Shown: positions 24,629 to 37,020 of the stretch, one piece after another
Layout of the letters: each line of letters opens with the position of its first letter
How positions within the stretch are numbered: the first letter of the stretch is position 1
Assembly (NCBI RefSeq): GCF_004010195.1
Contig: NC_057751.1
Coordinates: 12,133,508-12,197,507, forward strand
DNA: 64,000 bases
Source: Chiloscyllium plagiosum
Taxonomy: Eukaryota
Direction of reading: 5' to 3'
Program-made: the position numbers and the translations under genes
The notes under the pieces: model-generated
The model's input: only the letters and a program-made list of their open reading frames with translations
Databases searched by the model: none
What the model was told of the DNA's origin: nothing

Positions 24629-25907
24629 AACATTACCCACACTGAACATTGTTGGTTAATTCATATACTCATCTCATCTGAGGTATGCATTGCCAATCTG
24701 GGACAGCATGCTTGGGGAGATACAGCAAACTCAAAGATTTACTTTCAACTCATGCAGAGGTTCAGAACAGATGAGAAAAGGAAAATACTGCAGATGTGGG
24801 AAATCTGAAGCAAAATTGGAATTCAGTGAGTCCAGCCAGTATCTGTGGAGAAAGGGAAAAAAGCTCAGGTTCCAGTTGAAATGACCTTTTGCCTGAATCG
24901 AACCTGACAGAATGGAATGGAATGCAGCAAGTTCAGAGGGAGACGAGTGAGAGTGAGCCAGGTAATAAGTCATTATACTCCCAGAGGACCACAGAGCTGC
25001 TGTCTTGTCAGAGAGATAGATAACTTAAAGTGACTTTAACCTGTGGGGGACCATGCCTTAGGTGAGGGGTGAGGGTAGCACTTTTTTACAGGAAGGGTGG
25101 TAGATATTTGGAACTCTCTTCCATAAATAGCAGTAGATGTTGAATCAGTTGTTCATTTTAAATCTGAGATTGACAATTTTTTTTTGTTCAGCAAAGATAT
25201 TGAGGGATGCCGGTCAAAGGCAGGTATCTGGAGTTAGGACACAGGTCAGCCAAGATGTCATTGAATGGTAGAACAGGGTCAAGGGGCTGAAAGGCCTCGT
25301 TGTGTTCCCATCAGTTTCAAAGGCAGTATATTCATGGCAACATCAGCTGATGCTGGAAAAGAGCCCATGCTCTCGTCACTCTGCATCACAACTGATTGAA
25401 ACTGAGATGACAGATGTCACACTGATTGTAAAGAAGAAATATCATAAGAGGCCTCAACTGCCTCAAAATTTATTAAGACAAGGAATGGAGCAGAGGCTGT
25501 GGCTTGGGAAAAAAAATTCAAGTTTTCAGAGGAAAAGGCCGGAACACCTATGAAGAGGTGAGATAAGGCCATAACAAATAGGAACCCGAGAAGCTTGTTC
25601 TGCCATTCAACAAGATCATGGCTGATCTGACTGCCTTCCTCTTGTCTATTTTCTTGGCATTTCCCCATAACCCTGATTCCCTGAATGATCAAGAATCTAT
25701 TAGAAGAAGGGATAGGTTCTGAGGGAAATGAAGAAGGTGAAAGATTTACATATGCAACAGGTCATTGCATATGTAAAAAAGGATGAAAGTAAGTTTTCTG
25801 TTCAGATGTTGGGGAGAGGAAGGATGAAATTACACTGGCAATCAGGACATTGAGATTGTGTGAGTTGGTGCTGCCATAGAAAGATGTTGAGAATGTGCAT
25901 GTGGCAA

Positions 25908-27680
25908 TAGAGTCATAGAGATGTACAGCACGGAAACAGACCCTTCGGTCCAACTTGTCCATGCCAACGAAATATCCTAACCTAATTTAGTCCCATTTGC
26001 CAGCTATTGGCTCATATCCTTCCAAAACTTTCCTATTCATATATCCATCCAGATGCATTTTAAATACTGTAATTGTACCAGCCTCCACCACTTCCTCTGG
26101 CAGTCTATTCCATACACATGACACCCTCTGCATGAAAAAGTTACCCAATAGGTCCATTTTAATTTTTCCCCACTCACCCTAAACCTATGTCCTCTAGTTC
26201 TGGACTCCCCAATCCAGGGAAAAGACCTTGTCTAGCTACCCTATCCATGCCCCTCATAATTTTACAAACCTCTCTAAGGTTACATCTCAACTTCAAATGC
26301 TCCAAGGAAAACAGCCCCAGGCTATTCAGCCTCTCCCTATAGCTCAAATCCTCCAACCCTGGCAACATCCATCTAAATCTTTTCTGAACCCATTCAAGTT
26401 TCACAACATCCTTCCAATAGGAGGGAGACTAGATTGCACACAATATTATAAAAGTGGCCTAATCAATGTTCTGTACAGCCACAACATAACCTTCCCACTC
26501 CAATACTCAATGCTCGGTCTAATAAAGGAAAGCATACCACTACCCTATCCTATCTACCTGCGACTCCACTTTCAAGGAACTATGAACCTGCACTCCAAGG
26601 TCTCTTTGTTCAGCAACATTCCCCAGGACCTCATCATTAAGTGTATAATTCTTGCCCTGATTTGCTTTCCCAAAACGCAGCACCTCACATTCATCGAAAT
26701 TAAACTCCATCTGCCACTCCTCAGCCCAATGGCCTATCTGAACAAGATTCCATTGTAATCGCTGTCCACTACACCTCCAAATTTGGTGTAATCTGCAAAC
26801 TTACTAACTACACCACCTATGTTCACTTCCAAATCATTTAGTTAAATGACAATGAAACAATGGACCAGTACCATCCTTGTGGCACACCACTGGTCACAGG
26901 CCTCCAGTCTGAAAAGCAACCCTCCACCAACACCCTCTGTCTTCGACCTTCAAGCCAGTTCTGTATCCAAATGGTTAGTTCTCCCTGTTTTCTATGACTT
27001 CTAACCTTGCTAACCCAGTCTCCCATGAGGAACATTGTTGAATGCCTTACTGAAGTCCATATAGATCACGTCCATTGCTCTGCCCTCATCAATCCTCTTC
27101 ATTACTTCTTCAAAAAACTCAATCAAGTTCGTGAGACATGATTTCCTATGCACAAAGCCATGTTGACTATCCCTAATCAGTCCTTGCCTTTCCAAATGCA
27201 TATAAATCCAGTCCCTTAGGACTCCCTCCAACACCTTGCCCACCACTGATGTCAGGCTTACCGGTCTATAGTTCCCTGGCTTTTCCTTACCATCTTTCTG
27301 AAAGAGTGGCACCATGTCAGCCAACCCCAGTCTTCTGGCACCTCATCTGTGACTATTGATGATACAATTATCTCAGGAAGAGGCCCAGCAATCACTTCCC
27401 CAGCTTCCCACAGAGTCCAAGGATACACCTGATCAGGTCCTGGGGATTTATCCACTTTTATGCATTTTTAGACATCCAGCACCGCCTCCTCTGTAATATG
27501 GACATTTTTCAAGATGTAAAAACAATGACTGCAGATGCTGGAAACCAGATTCTGGATTAGTGGTGCTGGAAGAGCACAGCAGTTCAGGCAGCATCCAAAG
27601 AGCTTTGAAATCGACGTTTCGGGCAAAAGCCCTTCATCTTTTTCAAGATGTCTCCATCTATTTCCCCACATTCTATATCT
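25908..27680 (-). mobile_element. CR1-type LINE (HER1-like) ORF2 RT fragment, frameshifted
   Basis: ORFs on the minus strand: 27258..27455 DKSPGPDQVYP; 27010..27324 KPGNYRPVSLTSVVGK...QHGF..KSCLTNLIEFF..YMDFSKAF; 26838..27035 WRPVTSGVPQG; 26174..26404 LEWVQKRF. The 3' tail is at 25908. Confidence 0.95.
27518..27638 (-). mobile_element. Short PLE-terminal-repeat insertion with a 13-bp TSD
   Basis: TTTTTCAAGATGT is duplicated at 27505-27517 and 27639-27651. The minus strand begins GATGAAGGGCTTTTGCCCGAAACGTCGA, a 5'-clipped hammerhead core. Confidence 0.85.
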
Positions 27681-27754
27681 TTCACGTCCTTCTGAACAGC
27701 TATTTGACACTGAATGCATATCTTAGCTTGAGCCATGAACAATGCTTTTGAGGA

Positions 27755-28562
27755 TTGCTGAATATCCATGAAATATCCAGGTACATAATCCTTTGAAGTT
27801 TGCATCACATACAGAAAGGATGGTGAAGAAGGCAATAAGCATGCTTACCTTCATTGCCCAGACCTTCGATAACAAAAGTTGGGACATAATGTTAAGATTG
27901 TACATGATGTTGGTGAGGTCTCTTCTGGAGTATTGTGTCCAGTTTTGGTCTTCCAGTTATAGGAAGGTTATTATTAAATTGGAGAGGTTTCATAAAAGAT
28001 TTATCAGGATGTTGCCAGGAATGGCGTTTTGAGTTATATGGAGAAGCTAGATAGGCTGGGACTTTTTTCACTGGAGTGTAGAAGGTTGAGAGGTGATCTT
28101 TTTGAGGTTTATGACGAGTATAGAAGAGGTGAATGGCAAGCATTTTTTCCCTAGGGTGGGGGATTTCAAGACTAGTGGGCACTTTTTAAGGTGAGAGGAG
28201 AGAGATTTAACAAGAGGGGCAATTTCTTTAAACAGAGGGTGGTTTGTATATGGAATAAACTTCCAGAGGAAGTGGAGGATGCAGTTACAGTTACAATGTT
28301 TAAAAGACATTTAGATAAGTACCTGAATAACAAATGTTTGGTAGGATTTGGGCCAAGTGCAGGCAGGTGGAAGTAGTTTAGTTTGGGATTATGGACAGCA
28401 TGGACTGGCAGGTGGGACTAGATTGAGTTGAGATATCTGGTCGGCATGGATGGATTGGACCGAAGGGTCTGTTTCCATGCTGTACATCTCTTTGACTCTA
28501 TGACTAGTTGGATTGAAAGGTCGGTTTCCGTGCTGTATGACTCTGTGACTCAATGACTCTAT
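27755..28562 (+). mobile_element. CR1-type LINE 3' fragment, with a second short CR1 3' end nested at about 28405-28505
   Basis: ORF 27793..28032 LRLYMMLVRSLLEYCVQFWSSSYRKVIIKLERFHKRF. Two successive (a)tgactct tails. Confidence 0.9.
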
Positions 28563-31254
28563 CTTAACTGTGAACAGATCAGAAACACAAATACTTGAAT
28601 TTTAATTGAACATCATGTGGCTGAAGCTGGTGTAGGAGACAGTCACCGTGTAAAGAAATGCGGCTGTCAAATCAGGTTTTGTTGGATACCTTATTAAACA
28701 CAAGAAGTGAAATGGAAAGCACCAAAGGTGAACAAGGCAAGAGATCCAAACAGAAATGCTGCTGAAGAGTAAAACTTCTTCAAGGTAAACACTCCTGGAA
28801 AAGAAGCAGTAATGAATTGCACAGCAACTCAGAAAGAGAACACTGCCGATACTGGCAATCTGAAACAAAAGCAGGAAGTGCTGGAAGTCCTCAGCAGATC
28901 AGGCAGTACCTGTGTAGAGATGAACAGAGCCAATGTTTCATGTCAATTGTCAAAAGGGAACTTCTGAGCCTGTGACACTCACAACCCGATTGGTTCAGAA
29001 TTACCAAGATCATCTGATTAATGGAGACAGCATCTCACAATATTTTTTCCCACCATCTGCCTTCTGCTGGCCCACAGCGAAGTCCCAGGAGTGCCAGACA
29101 GTGCTAGAGAATGGACAACATTAATACATTAATTGTTTAAAACTTAGCTCTTTGATGCAACAACCAGAAAAATGGGATGTCAGTATCGAATGGACCATGC
29201 CATTCTCTTTTAAACGTTTCACTACAAGTACACTACTTTGTATAATGCAAACCACTTTACTGGTTAATAACTATTCTATGTGAAGAACATAGCATCACAA
29301 TCCAAATCCACATGACTGTGAAATGCAATAACATGCGATGTCCATAGCGTTATTCTCTTAGTTAATGCGGAAACAGTGGTTAGCAAAGTGCTTTCTATCT
29401 GGACTGTGCATCAGTGATTTTTATGATGGTAATTTATCATGCTTTCGTTTTGCAAACCTGAATAGGTTTATGGACATTTAAATGCTAAGGAGCATACTTT
29501 AGTCATTTTAATGAGGTACAGACAAAAACCTGCATTATGTCTTCAAGCTTACTTGCTTTGTGCTGTTTGCAACAAAAGAGAGCACATTACCACACCAAAC
29601 AACAAATAAAAGGTGGGTCTAGAATAAATTTAATGATTGATGTTCAGTCTCCCCTTATTGTTATTGTCCATGCACAGGATGTTTACAATGTCCGTGAACG
29701 ACAACAGCATGTGTGAAGGTATGGAATAAAAATGCTTGCAGCATAAACACAGTGCAAATCAACATGACTCCCTGATATAATGCTTCTCTCAACTGTTCTT
29801 TTCAATTAGAGGTAATGAAATTGAAGATAGTGATTAGTTTGCTCTGTTTGAATGTTTACTGATTTATACTTTTTGAATTTCATGAACCTGGAGTCAAGAT
29901 AAAGATTATATTTAACACTGGTGTTTCTATATTGGTTAATACATGCAAAACCAAAACAACATCAGTGAGGGCTGGCAACACTGAGTTGTAACGTTCAGCG
30001 TGGCTACAGAACACACGTCTAGGCTACCCACAAATTTTCTGAAAGTCCTACAGGAAGCATTGTTTATACCTAAATATGCAATTTAACCATATTCACAACC
30101 TTACTCAACCTGACCTCCTTTATGTCATCACACTACTGTGAAATATGTTCAACACAAGCACACTGATTGTTTTCTTGTATCCCTCTTCGCTGACATCCTC
30201 TTCCACCTCCCAACCACACTTCCAGCTGTGTTTGTTCCTGGAAAAATTCTGCTCATAGCAGCATTGTCAAATTCCCAATTGTTTTAATTTTAGCCCACCA
30301 TTCACCACAACAGTTTTGCATTTCACCTTCACCTCTGCTGCTGAGTATATTGCACATATTGTGATCACTTCAGCTGAAACTACTCAATGTTTAGGATTAT
30401 CCTTGAATGAGAAGTTAATTCTTGGCTTTGCTTTGCAATAAACCATCTTCTTCAAAGATTCTAATGTGCCTCCTTCAACCATCCTTGAGCAACAAGTGCA
30501 AGAGCTCATGGATTCCACTATTGCTAAAAGAGAGACCATCCCATTCAGTAGCCTTTGCCATTTATTGTCTGGCACAAAAAAAAACAAATGGGCAAGATGA
30601 CCTGACCATGACTAACACAGAAAATGAATGATGATATTGGCCTATCCACATCCCCTTTTAGATTTCTAATATTCTCATCACAACATGCTATTCTACCAAT
30701 CCATTCCAATCATACCATTTGAATATATTGTACTCCACCCCTCCTCCAAGACATTAATATAGCCAGTAAATAATCGAAGAACCCAGCACTGATCCTTGTT
30801 GCATTTCACTAATTCCTTCTTTCCAACCTCAAAAAATACCCATTGATCCTGACTCACTATCTTCTCTGTAATAAATACTTTGGAATCCTAGTTCATAGTG
30901 TTTCCTCAATACCATGAGCAACATCCTTGTGCACATATCTTGTGCAACATCCTTGTATGTATCTCCTTATCAAAGGTCTTCTGGAAATTCAAATCCAAAC
31001 TCAAAGGCAGCACAGACATGGGAAGTCACCATCCGCAAGTTCCCAGTCAAGCCACTTGCTATCCTGACTTGAAAATATCTTGCCATTCTTTGTATCACTG
31101 GGTCAAAATCCCAGAACCCCCTCTCTAACCTACACCAAATGGATTACAGCAATTCAAAAAAAAAATAGCACACCAGGTGCAAGAGCTATTTGGGGTAATA
31201 AGTACCGGTCTAGCCAGTGAAACTCATCCATCTGAATGAATTTTTAAAAAGCCA

Positions 31255-31465
31255 GGCAAAAGTGAGTACTGCAGATGCTGGAGATTAGAGTCAGGAGTAT
31301 GATGCTGGAAAATAAACAGCAGGTCAGGCAGCATCCGAGGAGCAGGAAAATCGACATTTTGCGCATTCCTTCACTCCTGATGAAGGGCTTTTGCCCAAAA
31401 CGTTGATTTTCCTGCCTCTTGGATGCTGCCTGACCTGCTGTGCTTTTCCAGAACTGCACTCTTGA
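31255..31465. mobile_element. Fold-back PLE-terminal-repeat element
   Basis: Inverted arms (cagcaggtcaggcagcatcc / ggatgctgcctgacctgctg) surround CTGATGAAGGGCTTTTGCCCAAAACGTTGA. Confidence 0.8.
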
Positions 31466-32597
31466 ATAAAAATGTCAGTACCCTGCTATTTGCCTCCCTG
31501 GTTTATGCACTGTCTCTAAGCTGCTTCTATATCTTATCAAAATCTACATTTCACTAAAACTATCCTGAATTAAAATGTTCTAGTAACCCACTGGTTTTTA
31601 AACCATCTCCAAAATATCCAACAAAATATACAGCAATGAACTGAATAAAAATCAATTCATTTTATTGCAATAAATAATCTTGTCAGATGCAGGGAAAGCC
31701 ATTGTTCTGAAAGAAATTCTGAGAGAAAACAGTCCTACATAAAAAGAAGGGTAATTTGTCTTCTTAAATGTCAGGTTGTATCATTTTCATCCCCCTGTTC
31801 TGGTTAGATAAATGCTTTATAATGAGAAAAAAAGGATGCAACAATCATTTTTGAAACGTATGTCTGAAATTTGTCAGTACAGTCGCGAGCTGGCATACTG
31901 TGCTCTGAAATCTTGCATGCGTGAATTTATATTCGTATTTCTGCAGACAAGGAAACCTGAATCTATCAAGTCACTGAAACCCAGTGATTCAGTCCCCCAC
32001 CAAGACAAAGAGGGATGAATTCTTCTTTTGCTATTAGTGGCAGCAAATAATGAGCAGTGATTCAATGAATTCTTCGGGGAGGGTGAATGAAATTATATTA
32101 GGCTCACATTAATATTGAAGAGAGAGAAAAGGCACAAAACACACAGGTAATGAGGTGAAGTAATAAATAGGCTGGCTGTTTGATTGGCAGTGTAATTGGC
32201 TTTCATAATGTTACAATCACGGGGGAAGTGACAAGGAATTATACTGTCAATCACTTATTTGATTTTTCAAAACACCTGCACAAATGTCACAAAAAACTGC
32301 AATCATGTCACATTGATATTCTTATATAGCTGCACAAAATACATTTCAAACTAACTTTTCTGATTATTAATGCACAGTAGAGGGTTTACACATTAAAACT
32401 TGTTTAAATTGCCAGTTTGAAAAAAAATCATTGTGTTGAATGAGCACCGTCTCCTCCAAAAATGATGACTTTGCAACACTGAGAGCTGGGGAAAAGCCCA
32501 CTCAGATTAAATTGCAGCTTTGGCTGCTCTCGCAGTACGGTGCATACATTCATGCAACAAATTTGATTTTGGTGGAACTGTAATTGGGGGAGTTTTA

Positions 32598-34135
32598 AGA
32601 CAGAAACACAGAAAATAGGAGCAGGAGTATGCCATTCAGCCCTTTGAACCTGCTGTGTCACTACATATGATAATAGCTGATCATCCATCTCATTAACCCT
32701 GTTCCTGCTTTCTCCCCCATACCCCTCAGTAATTTTAGCAATAAGAACTTTCTCCAACTCCTTCTTGAAAACATTCAATGCTTTGGATTCAACTGCTTTC
32801 TGTGGCAGAGAATTCCCCAGGCTCACCACTCCTCATCTCAGTCCTAAATAGCCTACCCATATCCTTTGAGTGTTATTCCTGGATCTGGACTCTCCAATCA
32901 TCAGGAATATCCTTCCTGCATTTACCCTGTCTAGTGCTGTTAGAATGTTTCAGGTTTCTGTGAGATCTTCCCTTAGTTTTCTGAAATCCAGTGAATGTAC
33001 TCCTAAATGACATAGTCTCTCTTCATATGTCAGTCTTGACATCTCAGGAAATAGTCTGGGAAACATTTGTTGCACTCCCTCCATCATCAGAATAGCCTTC
33101 CTCAGAAAGAAGACCAAAACTGCACACAATTTTCCAGGTATGGTCTCTCTAAGGATCTATACAAATGCACTGAGGCATCCCTGTTTCTGTGTGTGAATCC
33201 TTTTCTATCATACCATTTGTCTTCTTCAATGCCTGGGGCAACTACATGCTGACTTTCAGTGACTGATGTACAAGGACACCCAGGCCTCATTTCACCCCTC
33301 CTTTCCCAATCTATCCCCATTCAGATAATAATCTACCTAATAATAATCTAATAAGATACCAAAGCGGATAATCTGACACATATCCACATTATACTTCATA
33401 TGTCATGCATTTCCCAAGTCACTTAACTTGTCTAAAACACACTGAAGCATCACTGCTTCTTCCTCACAGCTCATCCTCAGAGCTGTCTTTGTATCATCTA
33501 CAAACTTGGACATATTACATTTAGTCCCCTCATCTAAATAATTAATATGTATTGGGGTGGCATGGTGGCTCAGTGGTTAGCACTGCTGTCTCACGGTACC
33601 AGGACTCGGGTTCAATTCCAGCCTCGGTTGACTGTCAATGTGGAGGTTGCACACTCTTCCCATGTCTGCGTGGGTTTGCTCTGGTTTCCTCCCACAATCT
33701 AAAGATGTGCAGGTTAGGTGAATTGGCCATGCCAAATTGCCCATAGTGTTCAGGGATAAGGGTAGGTTAAATGCATTAGTTAGGGGTATATGTAGAGAAA
33801 TGGGTTTGGGTGGGATACTCTTTGGACGGTCGGTGGGGACTTGTTGGGCTGAAGGGCCTGTTTCCACACTGTAGGGATTCTGATTCTAATTCTATTGTGA
33901 ATAACTGGGATTGAAGCACTGGTCCTTGCAGTATTCCCACTTGTCACTGTCAGATACTCAGAAAAAGGCCCATTAATTCCTACTTTTTGCTTCCTATCTG
34001 CAGCTGGATCTCTAACCATATCAGCCCACTTCCACAATCCCACATGTTTTAATTTTACATGTTAACTCTTATGTAGAACCTTATCAAACATTTACTAAAA
34101 GTGCAAGTAAACCACATCCACTGGCTCTCCTTGTT
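32598..34135 (-). mobile_element. CR1-type LINE RT/3' fragment interrupted by a V-SINE
   Basis: ORF 33102..33320(-) LYRSLERPYLENCVQFWS and ORF 33780..34043(-) ADRKQKVGINGPFSE..VTSG. The 3' tail is near 32600. Confidence 0.85.
33554..33896 (+). mobile_element. V-SINE (HE1-like)
   Basis: A box TGGCTCAGTGG, B box GGTTCAATTCC, V-domain and a (gattct)n tail. Confidence 0.9.
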
Positions 34136-34307
34136 CACCCTCTTCATCTCCTTGTTCATCTATATCATCTCTTTCTCTATGTCACCAGTTGACAGTTTAT
34201 TTGCAAATCTGAAGTATTTATTTTTCACACTTCTGATCGTAAATTTGTTTTTACAAATCAAATTTGTAGTTCCACCTGGTTCTCATCATGATTCAAGCTG
34301 TTGTTAC

Positions 34308-35175
34308 AGAATCATTGATGTCTACAGCTCAGAAAAAAGGCCATTCTGCCTCTCAAGTCTGCACCAGTCAAAAGCGACCAACAAACTATTCTAATCCCAT
34401 TTTCCATAACTTGGTCCAAAGCACTGGCATCAGAAGTGTACATTTAAACACTTCTTCAATGCTTTGAGGGTTTCTGCAGCCAATAGCTTCACAGGCACCA
34501 AGTTCCAGATTCCCACCATCCTCTGGGTGAAAAAAACTAAATAGTCACATCCTCTTTAAATCTCCAGCCTCTTTGCTTAAATCTATGGCTCCGGGTCATT
34601 GGTCTCACCACCAAGGGAAAAGTTCTTGTCTACACTGTCTTAATAATTTTCTGCATCCTGTACATGTACATATACCTATACATGCTTAATAATTTTAAAA
34701 ATCTCAATCATGTTGCCCCTCAGTCACCATTGCTCATCAGAAAACAATCCCAGTTATTTAATCTCTCTTCATAATTAAAACTGTAGAGCATAGGCAATGT
34801 CCTGGCAAATCTGCTTTCCACCCTCTCCAGGGCCTAACTAACTGTTCATATAGTTCTAGCATAACCTCTCTGCTTTTAAACTCTATGCCTTGGCTAATAA
34901 AGGCAAATATTCCATATGCTTTCTTCACTATGTCATCTATCTGTCTTGCGACCTTAATGCACTGTAGACATGCACACCAAAGTCACTTTGACCCTCAATG
35001 CATCCCAGAGTCCTACTGATCATTGTGTATTGCCTTGCCTTGTTTGTCCTTCCCAAGTGCATCACCTCATACTTACCCAGATCAAACTTAATTTCCACTG
35101 ATCAGCCGACCTGACGAGCCCATCTATATCCTCCTATAATCTAAGGCCATCCTCACTACTTACTACTCCACCAAT
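34308..35175 (-). mobile_element. Old CR1-type LINE 3' fragment
   Basis: Antisense CR1 3' features: 'gagttccagattcccaccatcctctgggtgaaaaaa' and 'aagtgcatcacctcatactta'. Confidence 0.75.
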
Positions 35176-36659
35176 TGTGTTGGGATATGGTGTGGAACAT
35201 GCATCTTTGCCACCAGCTCCACAGGATTTGATGTATGGATGTAAAACGGTGACTAGTTTTTCAGAAATTCACTAAAAACAACTTGTCCCCTGAATTATAC
35301 ATGGATGGTGCAAGTATGGTAATTTCCAAAAGAATCAGTTTTAAGGGAAAAATGCTGATCAGTAACCTGTTTCATTACCTTGGTTGTTGCCAATAAGTCT
35401 TTGACATTGTCGGAGACTGTGATAATTTGTGTTGAGAAACTTTCTTCACATTTTACATTCGTTGTATCAAACTATGGACAGAACTAATTCAAATTTGTGA
35501 AATGTTTGAACGGATAAATTGTGACACATGACTTTCATTGGCAAATAAATCTGTAACATGTGTGCATGAACATAAGGTTAGTCACATAAGTATCCAGCTT
35601 GATGGTCCTAGAAACTTCTTCATGTAATGGATGAAAAGCCTATTATCAAGAATAGATATAAAAGCTGAATGATATGTTTTGGTGAAAATTACTTTAAGTT
35701 AAAGGTAAAGCGAACAATCTGGGAATGGGATAGACATATGGTGCCATGTCAGTGGATAAGGAGGAATGGATACACAGATGTTTTCTCCCATTGTCAGACA
35801 TGAATGATAGACTAAACATCCTCCTTTTTGACAACCTTGCATGACTTTGATATCTTCACCTCCTCTTCCTACTTCCCACTTCAAGAAAGCTACGATTCTT
35901 ACCTGTTATGCAACAATTATCTCTGGCACACGAACAAATGTGAAACGTGGTGTGCCACTGGCCCGTTTTACTTCAGGTATTTGTGTTTCTAAGGCTAAGG
36001 CTGTTAGGCACCTTCATCTCCTGTTACTAAAAACCTGAGATATACTGTCTTGGTCAAATGGAAGTAAGTGTGGATTCACCCCATCTTTGAAGACTGCATT
36101 ATGGCACTGTTTGCACCTGATTCACAAACTGCAGAGATTTTAGACTCTTTTAAGTTTTTGCTTCCTTGTGTGATCTTTGGGGTTTTGTAAACACAAGCCG
36201 GTACTGCTTGATCACTGGGTGGTGATTTCTCTGATTTTTTTTAACTGGATGTGCTGTGTACTATGGATCTGCATTCTTATTTTTTCCAAATAAGATGTTG
36301 GCAATCTGAAGTGCCAACCACTGAGCATCAAGAAGCCAAATTCCAGAGTTCATTATCCACACAGTAAATTCACCTCACTGGAACAAATACTTTGATTTGA
36401 TTTGCTTCTGAGTGCTGACTTTCCAAATGCTTTACATTGCTAGTGAAGGTGTCTTTATTTGAAACAAGTTACAACTTGTTAGCTTTGCTGTGCCTCAGTA
36501 TTTAAAGGAAGCCAGGTGCTCTCCCCCAGGGAGTATGGCGAACTGAGGGCACTACCCTTGGCTGCTATAATAACATTTCTCTGCATCCCTTTGGCATAAT
36601 GAAATGGCCCCAGCTTATTTCAGCAAAAGAGTGGCCCACGCAGTTGTAGAAAAGTCAGG

Positions 36660-37020
36660 AGGGTTTATTATGTCCTGTTCAGAAAATAACTTATTGAGGA
36701 GCAGTCTAAAGTTGCGGAAAGGGATCAGAAGGCACACTGCGAAGTAGCAAGTAAGTTTCAGAGGACAGGGCCTTACAGCTGACTGTAAGAAGGAAGGGCT
36801 TGAAGACAGGAGTAGAACGTGGAATTCTGATGGGTGTAAGCTGAATAACGTTGCTGAGGTGAAAATAGGTCATGAAGCAGCATAAAAAGCAGAACAAAGG
36901 TTTTGCATTGAGTGTGTCATCTTTGTAGCCGATGGAGTTCAGTTAGGAGATGATGAATTGCACCTCATATAGGCCAAGATACTGAACACTAAGTGTTTGT
37001 TAAGTTAGAGTTTGCTACCC
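36660..37020 (-). mobile_element. Decayed L2-type LINE 3' fragment
   Basis: Antisense of an L2-like 'LxxLP...FKxxLLTxKAL' region. Heavily degenerate. Confidence 0.4.

Noticed and set aside
26228..26758. 176-aa plus-strand ORF
   Set aside because: It is the antisense frame of the CR1 RT fragment, not a host gene.
31377..31405. Hammerhead core as an active ribozyme
   Set aside because: The GAAA box is mutated to AAAA and GUC to GUU, so it is likely inactive. Kept only as a relic.
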